Assembly (NCBI GenBank): GCA_949298925.1
Contig: CASFYE010000044.1
Location: 1-47,740 of the forward strand
Length of the DNA: 47,740 nucleotides
Source of the DNA: an uncultured Bacillota bacterium
GTDB taxonomy: Bacteria > Bacillota > Clostridia > Christensenellales > UBA1242
Direction of reading: 5' to 3'
Shown: positions 27,701-33,821 of the stretch, one piece after another
Numbering within the stretch: position 1 is the stretch's first letter
Layout: each line of letters starts with the position of its first letter
The notes under the pieces: model-generated
Databases searched by the model: none
Told to the model about the DNA's origin: nothing
Seen by the model: only the letters and a program-made list of their open reading frames with translations
Made by a program: the position numbers and the translations under genes

Positions 27701-29525
27701 AGTCATAGATGAAGAAGGCACAGCAACTGGAGAATATGACTTGACAATACAGAGAGACATCCTGCCGGAAGACAATAGTGGAGCAGTGAAGATGATCGTT
27801 GTTGACAATATTGCAACATGGGGCATAAACGCAGAGGCGCAAAATGTTGTCGGTGGAGAAGACAACAACATCAATAGCGGAGAAGATATTTATAACAATT
27901 ATATGGCTAGTACAGCCAACATGATTTATCAATACGTTACGATTGAAAGTGTTGGATTTAAATATCTTGATGAAAATTCAGAAAATGCTGAACCTGACGA
28001 AGCAGATTACGAATTAATTACAAGTTCTGATTTGAAATCATCGTGGCAAGGCATAACTTATACAGGAATAGGTAAGGGGGAAAACCCAGGGCGATTTACT
28101 GTTCCTAATTTGCCAGGTTGGTACTATGGAACAAATAGTAGCGTTCAAGTTGAAGTGCATGTAACGTTGCAGTATTCTAAGAACGGTGACACAGAAACTT
28201 GTGACATCAGCTTCCCAGCAACAGTAAGCAAACAATACAGCATTAGCACCGCGCAAAATGTTGTAATCGATGGGGAAGAATTTGCTTTAAGTGATTACAT
28301 AGTAGTGGTTAACGGAAACGGAACTAGCGGAAATGACATTATAACCCCAAGCTATTATGATGACACACTAGAGGTTACATTGCCAGCTGGTGGTCAGGCG
28401 ACAGTGAACGTTGAGATGACACGTAGCGGTGATGAAACATTTGAAGGTTCGAAAACGCTCAATAACACGTTACAATACAGGCCAGAAACCACCTACAACA
28501 GTTTGTCTGAAATATTAGGTATGACATTGCAACCTGACACCGATACTGTAAAAATAAAGATTACTGCTTCTGAAGGCACGTCAGATGATGAAGATTTCCG
28601 TGTGAGATATGGTGGCAGTGATATAAAAACAGATTGCTTAGGAGACGGAGGTTATCGAATCAGTTGGTCGGTTATTACACACGACACATTGTATATCGAA
28701 GATTCAGGAAGGTTTACAAACAATTATGCTACTGTGAATAAATCATATATCGTTAAAGTAAATGGCTTCTATTATCGCTACAATCAAGTTTACTGGTTGA
28801 CACGTTACTTCTATTCTCTCGACACTGGCCTCGGCGACACAACAATAAGACAAATTGTTGCAGATGCAGAAGGCTCAGGCATTCAATATAAAAACGGTGA
28901 CAACTGGTCCGATTATGACGGAACTTTAAAAGGCAACTTCAAAATACCTATAAGCGCATGGGCGAAAGACGTAAAAATCTATCAAGCAACTCAAAGCTCG
29001 GGGCAAGTGACAAATGGAACACTTGCAAGCTTGTCAGGTTTGTTTGAAGAAGAGTTTGATGTTACTTACACTTACAACGCTGGAAGTGAAGGAGTGTCAG
29101 CAAGTTGTGTTTTTAGTGGCGGAGATGGAATTAGTTTTGGAACTGTTAAGTATGAAAATGGAGTTGGAACGGTTACTATGACACTTGGAGATGAAACAAC
29201 CACCTACGATTTTAAAACAGATTCAAGCGGAAAGCTTATTTCAATAAATAGTCATGCCGTAGATGTTGCAAGTGGAGAAACATTCAGTTCGATTTTGCTT
29301 ACAAGTTCAATTTACTTCGAAGTAACTGCTGGCGTAGGAGATGTTTCAACAGCATATTTTGATGGAACAGATCTTTACACTGGTGATAATTACACCATTA
29401 ACAAGCAACAATATATTTTGGTTAACATCTATGTTAAAGCATCAGGCGGGCCAGACAAAACATTTGAAAGAAATGAAAAAGGCTATGACTATCGTTTGGG
29501 TTGGTTTAGAATTATCTTAGTTTAA
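18765..29525 (+). CDS. giant membrane-anchored surface protein (3586 aa), orphan
   Basis: This is an uninterrupted 10.8-kb ORF with a strong AAGGAGG RBS and an N-terminal signal-anchor (WQMVLIFVTIIFLAVGGGVLYVYL). The composition is Thr/Ser/Asn/Gly/Val-rich and beta-type with very few Cys. Internal repeats are present. I see no LPXTG or other known anchor. Confidence 0.8.
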   Translation: MKLKAPKTWQMVLIFVTIIFLAVGGGVLYVYLNDGFKPKVIYPETIDVQDLDNVLNSTRAQYEATEDFQLTFTSQTEGVNRKGITLSFPSGIAVTRDAENGTISDGVITVPEKVTLGQSFTVSLVKQAYDKNNNLIEDLNDYNAEEDGAITYINKGGVSNLIITPESNTDYNKQITIAVDVPVLEVELKFVDITTGFEYAQEDGATIIPEGTNFVAKPIFVPQQSAYMFSDEKNSNVSAQDVREKSVYYTLGTGVTGIQLNQSDDGVYFTALEEVSQGNIVNAFAFSSSKDELDFLAQNSTLDGVALYNQAISFLSASDSAIKSEGNLSVVEANVGLFSILQNSVSNPYEMSVDKLFTILAGGDSSKGGALSATIQDVHGADLSGMIRNIGMRVVSATGANGENLIGNIVLRGGSEREASNGNTYVLINSNVRDLNLAYFELSSNVECELQLAIALIVQDEEGSYNIFEEEKTLYAKVSTHQEDVVSWDASWQDVDGINLKIIYENGQPVPAQYGQNLFDVANVPSSNVYQRKVVFAYGENIDGKIEYDTVGKGTYSVNGSSTELYPLASGELIANKATTFYIVFATVKTDAYNQPVFNDDGTYKLIQVSSAVAVNVENSLRGIKNVDIEVGNGEKWLKYNETTLSAYAIPSGSNIVGNVIGNDIVMTIQVENGDEELFIEEFNNGNITFFASKDAGGDGEKMTNIFRFSSPTSNGAGTGEVSVNIGIEPNLKFAIETGENYYIFIEYDNSISTERKIANIGGEEIQDYITIYDQQTKTIESELKDKVLNVTQTLQSDGTSEISITGLTGTESLDELNAYFQEYNETYYPNGIKTLDQYGREFEGDYTISSSNSTLVMANNLDKSLSFGNGSGNATVTIKSGSATVRLTLNVTSTGVSKICVLDQGYAGTSSVSYVYTPTSVGEGSAEVGEGSAEIKLKNEGPTNPSTLVTDGILTVYVGDKIYNYDKYKITLAPTFLSEVNDDLWDMISYKTSSSIGWSAAGAKPDSSTEIYSLRVNNHFGKDVTLLFNARNDNNTLNFTFSFTIKKTAELERNSLNEVNYGGEITGVEGHTDSNSIGVYAGFGINLNDENVEVTNYLKVKNVNWGAVFEEEYYIHSGGDINKTEANAIATIKKGVLTFNDVTQPTNYNFTLYAVNKPKDGTRVGNYYGYLIELSFTVYPNLKINPQNDSEISLASIASATNGYSYSNVFTIGRITTLAQETDSSIGTVPLDPNKNITAGGLISNYKFVDENAGGLQYLSLDGNNIVRTETYLYYDKNTTGKEIVLYAYDANGNVVASETFNLTLGLEINDLNELLKTTDNNKAIVRAQKYDGTQMALITQNSIDVVRGWADSGLTAELMVGANGSFYQLTGTTEKKYTISLNPNGQAIRCDKNTYLKFNFSSGELDYATWDVPVILSQIGSDFPGEDTENNFDLFDVINNGIKTSVIAGGAYSLFDLADITGSNISFTYLVDGEICTDYETSVISSLENGMLVLKNLSNNCKDLINGTLPLEIQITMQNGVYSQTFVLHVLVSPNATLDKVNYPYDGATAEFLTVKGSKPIVLSDPHDNGEKRFPDTATPTVEENITSTLTLSESNYVGSITINSKDYDVQYNAEDGGLTLTKDGENINGTNGKIVVEGKQYTYSFAESTLTLSLIGLGDSIYSIKQFTINGNSSAYEGFISLEGETLTIDDQSGTLQNATLVIEKRYSNFFGESLEYTFIINSTDVEYFLNIASETSGDTASEEGNDWVITLDRNETNHLFSITTKQRSEDGGESNVLPNEVTTKLVEESKEGYTFDFEDVIENPKTLTITTPVFVEADTVIDLTFVVNDGQAEIKVRVIVPATVEMEWIADTSLPGGSEYSVANYLIKNLNKDGTFNDKAYVTINDVTFTYDDSTNAKKGYLEYDMSNQKVKVQPIYQNIERATIKVAYAYVENITVEGKSYFVVYDITSNSLILKQVIKSSEGSITIDDKTYTVGTTESGETTLTYLIDGTPSGEETSKTGTIIIGGATYTYTYTETNKITLSKTDDETFTREIDLSIASPIVEIDSKTYNVEYISDSNSLTLKLVFTSSRGSIIIDDKTYTVGMTESGETTLTYSIDGTSSDGANAKTGTITIGDENYTYNYESSKLTLTKEGSEPIITYIRTGYTEKTFDFEPNLTTVSQGIGDVLSRETETVSLRNLLESSGTSINLGGVYSLIAVNIDGNLFDISAPDKGVYVQDDDLKITPEYVGQNTPTSIKFKLTYTKGDYTFTTNEIELTFTIVAAATYEVSYPNPFGTTKDLGYESYSKEIIEDDGGGINLNNHFGGTADFAQAERIKFSDVSLGDTITETSKKFSEIANGVTYTIISFSGFTNDGQQITSAEGIRDSGKWASGIFKVAGGVEVAEGASVTFGITYKGVTAQYTVYFFSTVISASTNNTINHVTIATENYENIYADKGDIYGDEGKTNIFAKNRLVELGILKDGAEAGSLQKIYARPEGKDDTTMYEQLASFVLTQSMIDRGANIFVDIGILNGKTIGGKPISTVVDNLLGEGYEFVVGSINQNGEFVGSTSIQFIRQASRVEYKYRLSNGSTQLINSETLIVCEEEKLAVNEPSKFENNETATFNVTYKITEGGIEKGTITYKLKKVLDIEAQYAWSSANKTVIEIETNKINTYTIVKEMGIRHPSTGEMLSADNIGNAEIDLTVVNTKDNTFDWNDIDGGWPDGVTENDFVYQTEAGDDYLSFTPIKNSEEKIYDYYLFGEGADNDGSYVLLKLNYIAGGTDQTFYFVVKLIPDYNVTIGGVQVAVPGVVTDGVATNEESPYNFVPDGESNFNIATNSDSIVSFVRSNWDSSNIAKSLTYKLTVKDAGNGYNEASNIAKLNIGSTWKKQENAQSGSVAVGSGDVAAVGNIYTWKNASGSTSELKLVPSLIAFGQKMYMLEITNSWGFKIEFYFTLSSPTAQNPVISTAYSDATFTEGENFDVGVIYDKIVATPVIDEEGTATGEYDLTIQRDILPEDNSGAVKMIVVDNIATWGINAEAQNVVGGEDNNINSGEDIYNNYMASTANMIYQYVTIESVGFKYLDENSENAEPDEADYELITSSDLKSSWQGITYTGIGKGENPGRFTVPNLPGWYYGTNSSVQVEVHVTLQYSKNGDTETCDISFPATVSKQYSISTAQNVVIDGEEFALSDYIVVVNGNGTSGNDIITPSYYDDTLEVTLPAGGQATVNVEMTRSGDETFEGSKTLNNTLQYRPETTYNSLSEILGMTLQPDTDTVKIKITASEGTSDDEDFRVRYGGSDIKTDCLGDGGYRISWSVITHDTLYIEDSGRFTNNYATVNKSYIVKVNGFYYRYNQVYWLTRYFYSLDTGLGDTTIRQIVADAEGSGIQYKNGDNWSDYDGTLKGNFKIPISAWAKDVKIYQATQSSGQVTNGTLASLSGLFEEEFDVTYTYNAGSEGVSASCVFSGGDGISFGTVKYENGVGTVTMTLGDETTTYDFKTDSSGKLISINSHAVDVASGETFSSILLTSSIYFEVTAGVGDVSTAYFDGTDLYTGDNYTINKQQYILVNIYVKASGGPDKTFERNEKGYDYRLGWFRIILV
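21528..21569 (+). repeat. 21-nt tandem duplication (VGEGSAE x2)
   Basis: gtaggcgaaggaagtgcggag is followed directly by gtaggcgaaggtagtgcggaa, with 2 mismatches. Confidence 0.85.
24585..25238 (+). repeat. tandem duplication inside the giant gene, 327-nt (109-aa) period
   Basis: VEGKSYFVVYDITSNSLILK...ITIDDKTYTVGTTESGETTLTYLIDG... aligns with IDSKTYNVEYISDSNSLTLK...IIIDDKTYTVGMTESGETTLTYSIDG.... The near-identical nt cores start at 24678 and 25005, an offset of 327. Confidence 0.85.
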
Positions 29526-29528
29526 GCC

Positions 29529-29610
29529 ATGACAAAAGTGCCCGCATTACGCGGGCGCTTCGCCGAAAGGCAAAGCAAAACTTTTCGTTAGAAAAGGTTA
29601 CTTTTGTCAT
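29529..29610 (+). ncRNA. structured element E2: 82-nt four-way junction, same architecture as E1
   Basis: Hand-folded.
- P1: 29529-29539 pairs with 29600-29610, 11 bp.
- H1: 29540-29545/29551-29556, 6 bp, loop ATTAC.
- H2: 29557-29564/29569-29576, 8 positions with one C/A mismatch, loop GAAA.
- H3: 29581-29586/29591-29596, 6 bp, loop GTTA.
It starts 3 nt after the giant-gene stop and ends 21 nt before the cls start. Confidence 0.45.
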
Positions 29611-29631
29611 AGGGCGGAAAGGAGGAAAACA

Positions 29632-31089
29632 TTGCATTGGGCATTTTGGGTTTTGACAGCATTTGGTATATTGGGAGTTGTTAACCTATTTTTACTTGTA
29701 GGTATGGTTTTTCTCGAAAAAAAGAAACCTCAAACTATTATTGCGTGGCTCTCCATTTTGACCTTTTTTCCAGGAATTGGATTTATATTTTACGTGTTGC
29801 TGGGGAGTGGATTAAGCTATCGAACACGTAGAATGCTTAAAAAGAAATCAATTTCTGAAAAAGACGTTTTGAACAACATTAGGGGTTTACAAACATTTTC
29901 AGAAGTAAGTGGAACAAAAAACTTTGGTCAAAATGCCGAACTTGTCAAGCTTTGTTTTGACATGGGGGGCTATCCATGTTTGTTTAATGATGTGAAATAT
30001 TTTTGTTTTGGATTTGAAAAGATGGCAATTTTAAAGCAAGATCTTTTGTCTGCAAAAAAATCTATCAATTTGGAATATTACATTTTTGCCAATGACAGAG
30101 TTGGCAAGGAAATTATGGACATTCTTGTGAAAAAAGCCAAAGAGGGCGTTAAGGTAAAACTTATTTACGATTCAGTTGGAAGCAAAAAAACAAGAAAACG
30201 ATTTTTCAGAAAGCTAGAAAAAGCAGGTGGTGAGGTGGCGGAATTTTTTCCTCCATTCATGCATATAAGGATGATCAATTTAAAAATCAATTATCGCAAT
30301 CACAGAAAGATAGTTGTAATTGACGGCAAGATTGCATATACCGGTGGAATAAACATTCGTGAAGATCACATGGGAATGAAAAAGAAGCTTTCGCCATGGC
30401 GTGATGCGAGTGTTAGGATAGAGGGCAGTGGGGCTTTCCCATTACAAAACATTTTTCTTGATGACTGGCGTTATGCGAAAAAGGACAACACACCAGTTGA
30501 AAATTATATAGAGGAGTATTTCCCTTTGCCACAGCAAAAAGGAGACGTAGGCTTGCAAATTTTGACCTCTGGGCCAGATTCGAAACTGCAAAAAATAAAA
30601 GAGGCTTATGTAAAAATGATAACCTCTGCTAAAAAAAGGGTTTGGTTACAAACACCATATTTCGTGCCTGATGATGTGTTTATATCAGCTTTAACGATCG
30701 CGCAAAAAAGTGGCGTTGATGTGAGGATAATGTTGCCGGCAAAACCTGACAGGTGGACCGTGTTTTTTCCAACACTTTCATATGCTCGAGAAATGGCACA
30801 AATAGGAGTTAAAACTTATTTTTATAATGGTTTTATGCATGCTAAGACATTGCTTGTTGATGACAACCTGTTATCGATTGGAAGTTGTAATTTGGACAAC
30901 AGATCGTTTGGACTTAATTTTGAATCGACTGCAATTATGTATTCAGAAAAGCTTAACAATCAATATGCCTTAGAAATGAAAAAAGATATGGACAATTCAA
31001 ATCTAGCAGATGAGTCTTATTTTAAAAAAGCGCCAGCTTTAAGCAAAATTGCTCAATCGGTTTTCAGACTTTTCGCGCCATTGTTATAA
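29632..31089 (+). CDS. cls: cardiolipin synthase
   Basis: It has two N-terminal TM helices and two HKD motifs (HRKIVVIDGKIAYTGGIN and HAKTLLVDDNLLSIGSCNLDNRS). The start is a TTG preceded by AAAGGAGG. Confidence 0.9.
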   Translation: MHWAFWVLTAFGILGVVNLFLLVGMVFLEKKKPQTIIAWLSILTFFPGIGFIFYVLLGSGLSYRTRRMLKKKSISEKDVLNNIRGLQTFSEVSGTKNFGQNAELVKLCFDMGGYPCLFNDVKYFCFGFEKMAILKQDLLSAKKSINLEYYIFANDRVGKEIMDILVKKAKEGVKVKLIYDSVGSKKTRKRFFRKLEKAGGEVAEFFPPFMHIRMINLKINYRNHRKIVVIDGKIAYTGGINIREDHMGMKKKLSPWRDASVRIEGSGAFPLQNIFLDDWRYAKKDNTPVENYIEEYFPLPQQKGDVGLQILTSGPDSKLQKIKEAYVKMITSAKKRVWLQTPYFVPDDVFISALTIAQKSGVDVRIMLPAKPDRWTVFFPTLSYAREMAQIGVKTYFYNGFMHAKTLLVDDNLLSIGSCNLDNRSFGLNFESTAIMYSEKLNNQYALEMKKDMDNSNLADESYFKKAPALSKIAQSVFRLFAPLL

Positions 31090-31100
31090 AGGAATATAAT

Positions 31101-31134
31101 AAAAAAAACTTTGCCATTTGGCAAAGTTTTATTT
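31101..31134. terminator. bidirectional intrinsic terminator between convergent cls and the nucleoside hydrolase gene
   Basis: ACTTTGCCA (31108-31116), loop TT, TGGCAAAGT (31119-31127). It is flanked by an A-run on the left and a T-run on the right. Confidence 0.8.
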
Positions 31135-32049
31135 TGCTTTTTTTAATAACTTATCAAAACAGTCAACGATCTTATTTTGGTCTGCTTCCCAAACGAGAGT
31201 ATGCTTTGACTTTGGATCATCTGTGAAAATAGTCTGGCCTCTTTTTTTGGTAAAAGTCGTGTTGATTTTTACATCAACGTTTTTAAAAACAAAAAAGTCA
31301 GGGTGAGTTATTGTCATTATGGCACACAAGTCATGCGTTGCAAACTTGTCGGTCGGCATAAGCAAATCTCGATAGCCTGTATAGAGTTTTTTAACCATGC
31401 TTCCATACTTTCCATATTTTTCCCACTTATCCAGCTCTCGTTGGGTTAGAAAGACAGAGAGTCCAACTTCAGATGGACTAAATCTCACATATTCAATGTT
31501 ATTTAAGACTATTTGTGTGGCTTCGGGATCACAGTAAATATTGAAACTTGCATAAGGAGTTATGCTTCCTATTCCGCTATAGGTTCCGCCCATAATCAAA
31601 ACTTTTTTTAAGTAGTTTTTAATGTCAGGATATTTTTGCAAAGCTTTTGCAAGGCTCGATGATGGGCCGTTACAAACGTATATGATGTCTTTATGCTTTT
31701 TTACGCAATCAAATATAGCTTCTTCAAAGCCATAATTTTTTGAATTTATAGTTTTGCTTGAAACGTTTGTTACATTTATCAAATTGCCCAAACCACTTTT
31801 GCCGTGAACATTTAGGTTTGGTATATTGTTTTCTTTCAAGGGCGATTTTGCACCTTGAACAACTTGAATCGGCTTTTTTGAAAAGTTTTCGGTTATAAAG
31901 AGTGCATTTAGTGTTGTCTGTTCAATGTCTTTGTTGCCTTTTGTCACGCAAATGAGTTTTACATCAAGCTTGTCGGTCAAGAAACTGTAAAGCATTGAAA
32001 TTGAGTCGTCAACTCCTGGGTCGACGTCTAAAATTATTTTTTGTTTCAT
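31129..32049 (-). CDS. inosine/uridine-preferring nucleoside hydrolase family protein
   Basis: The N-terminal ILDVDPGVDDSISMLY matches the DxDxxxDD signature of the IUNH family. Length is 306 aa. A GAGGAA RBS precedes the start. Confidence 0.8.
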   Translation of the reverse strand: MKQKIILDVDPGVDDSISMLYSFLTDKLDVKLICVTKGNKDIEQTTLNALFITENFSKKPIQVVQGAKSPLKENNIPNLNVHGKSGLGNLINVTNVSSKTINSKNYGFEEAIFDCVKKHKDIIYVCNGPSSSLAKALQKYPDIKNYLKKVLIMGGTYSGIGSITPYASFNIYCDPEATQIVLNNIEYVRFSPSEVGLSVFLTQRELDKWEKYGKYGSMVKKLYTGYRDLLMPTDKFATHDLCAIMTITHPDFFVFKNVDVKINTTFTKKRGQTIFTDDPKSKHTLVWEADQNKIVDCFDKLLKKAK

Positions 32050-32060
32050 TTCTTCCTCTA

Positions 32061-33275
32061 TTATATTTCTACAAGCGCAAAGTTTGATTTTGATGTTTCA
32101 AGTGTTACAGAATGTGCGCCATCACCATTCACCCAAGTGATTTCCACAACATTGCCTGGGAAGACTGTTAGTAAAAAGTCATCAAGTTCATATGCTCTTG
32201 AAAGTTCTAAATTACGATCTCCAACTTTTATCGAAGTTATTTTGTCACCTACTGAAATACCACTGTTGTAAAGGAGAGTGCTTTTGTCGTTTGAAACTGA
32301 AGAAACGAGCACGTCCTCTTTTATAAAAGTAAGGCCTGTTTGTTCTTCAAATATTGAGTAAGAATTGCTCACTTCGTAGCTAATGCCAAGGTCAACTAGG
32401 TAAACGCCGTTAAGCCCATATAAATTTTTTGAATTAATTATATTCTCAGTTACTCCGACAGCCACGCTCACAGGTATAGCGCTACTAAAATCGTCCAAAT
32501 CTTCTGCCGCAGCGCTGGCAATACCAATCAATTGCCCTTTTTCGTTAAACAAACCGCCACCGCTGTTTCCGCTGTTGATTGCTGCGTCGAATCTTATTGC
32601 GCGGTAGGATATTATTTCGTCAGTGTCAGTCGGCATTATTGCTTCTTGACCAACGTAAACGTCAATAGTCTCCGACTCAACACTAATGATTCCACGTGTT
32701 GCGCTCAGCCCTTGAAAATTAGGGTTGCCGATTGCAATAACTGTGGAACCAAGTTTTGCAGATGTGGTTGATATGGTGGCTTGTTTTATATCAAGTTCCG
32801 ACAGCAAATCACTTTTAATGTATAAAACAGCTATGTCATATGCTTGTGAGCCTCCGACATACTCGCAAGTAAGCAAATTGTTGCCTGTCACAAGTTGCGA
32901 TTGTCCCATAAAATTTTCGGCAATGCTACAATATTGTGAGCCATAAGGCTGAGCATAAATCTTAGAGGCTATTGTATTGCCAAAATAACTGTCGCCACAT
33001 ATCACATGATAGTTGGTTATAACATAAGCTTCTCCGGCGTCTTTGTCCAAAGAGTATATAACTCCAGCTCCTGCACCGTAGCCGTTTTTAGTCTCTGTGA
33101 AGATTGCAAGAGTCGATGTCATGGCAAGATTTGTTGCTTGCGTCAAATCGGAAGTTATTACAACTTCTTCGGTAACTGCGGGTGCTACATATTCTGTTTT
33201 TACTGTGCAAGCACTGAGCAAAACTGAGCAAGGCAACAACATTAAGCACAATAAAAAGTATTTTAATTTTTTCAT
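32061..33275 (-). CDS. trypsin-like (S1C/HtrA-like) serine protease lipoprotein with a C-terminal PDZ-like region
   Basis: The catalytic triad context is present: ITNYHVI (His), DIAVL (Asp) and GNSGGGLF (Ser). The start was set to Met9 (MKKLKYFLLCLMLLPCSVLLSAC, lipobox LSAC) after a GGAG RBS. Confidence 0.8.
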   Translation of the reverse strand: MKKLKYFLLCLMLLPCSVLLSACTVKTEYVAPAVTEEVVITSDLTQATNLAMTSTLAIFTETKNGYGAGAGVIYSLDKDAGEAYVITNYHVICGDSYFGNTIASKIYAQPYGSQYCSIAENFMGQSQLVTGNNLLTCEYVGGSQAYDIAVLYIKSDLLSELDIKQATISTTSAKLGSTVIAIGNPNFQGLSATRGIISVESETIDVYVGQEAIMPTDTDEIISYRAIRFDAAINSGNSGGGLFNEKGQLIGIASAAAEDLDDFSSAIPVSVAVGVTENIINSKNLYGLNGVYLVDLGISYEVSNSYSIFEEQTGLTFIKEDVLVSSVSNDKSTLLYNSGISVGDKITSIKVGDRNLELSRAYELDDFLLTVFPGNVVEITWVNGDGAHSVTLETSKSNFALVEI

Positions 33276-33337
33276 AACAACTCCTTTGCTATAAATCAAA
33301 TTATATACTTTTTTTATTTTTTATGCAAACAAAAAAA

Positions 33338-33817
33338 TTATATGCGTGTGCCTAAGATGTGCAAGCCGACAGCCTCTTCAAACTCATAACTAGACAAAGG
33401 ACGGTCGAGTGATGCAACAGAATGCGCGCAAACATAAATTTTTTTATCCTCAATTTTTGAGACGATTAAAGAATGATTAAAATCCAGCACGTTTTGTCGC
33501 AACTGAACAATATCACCAATTTCCAACTTTTCGACAGCTTTTATCTCGGCGAGCGGACCTTTTAAAGTTTTATCTAACAAAAATCTTCTCAAATAATTCA
33601 CGCTTGCCCAACTTGGCGATCTTACTGCTTGGTTGACATAAAACCAACCATAATATTTGTCGAAGTTCATAACTCCACCGCCGGCTAACAAACACTGACT
33701 GACAAAATTTGTGCAGTCTCCACCTATGCCGTCGAAATAAAAATAATTTGGATTGTGCGACAATGCCCATTTTTTTGCATAATCGACTGCAAGAGTTCTA
33801 TTATATTTTTTTATCAT
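33338..33817 (-). CDS. putative amidase-domain protein (PF12671-like)
   Basis: YNRTLAVDYAKKWA...NP.Y..F...GGDCTNFVSQCLLAGG...GWFY...SPSWASVNYLRRFLL...GDIVQL...HSLIVS matches my memory of the 'putative amidase domain' family. Confidence 0.65.
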   Translation of the reverse strand: MIKKYNRTLAVDYAKKWALSHNPNYFYFDGIGGDCTNFVSQCLLAGGGVMNFDKYYGWFYVNQAVRSPSWASVNYLRRFLLDKTLKGPLAEIKAVEKLEIGDIVQLRQNVLDFNHSLIVSKIEDKKIYVCAHSVASLDRPLSSYEFEEAVGLHILGTRI

Positions 33818-33821
33818 ATCT

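Noticed and set aside
31118-31306. A 62-aa plus-strand ORF after cls
   Set aside because: It starts inside the bidirectional terminator and lies antisense to the 3' end of the well-supported nucleoside hydrolase gene.
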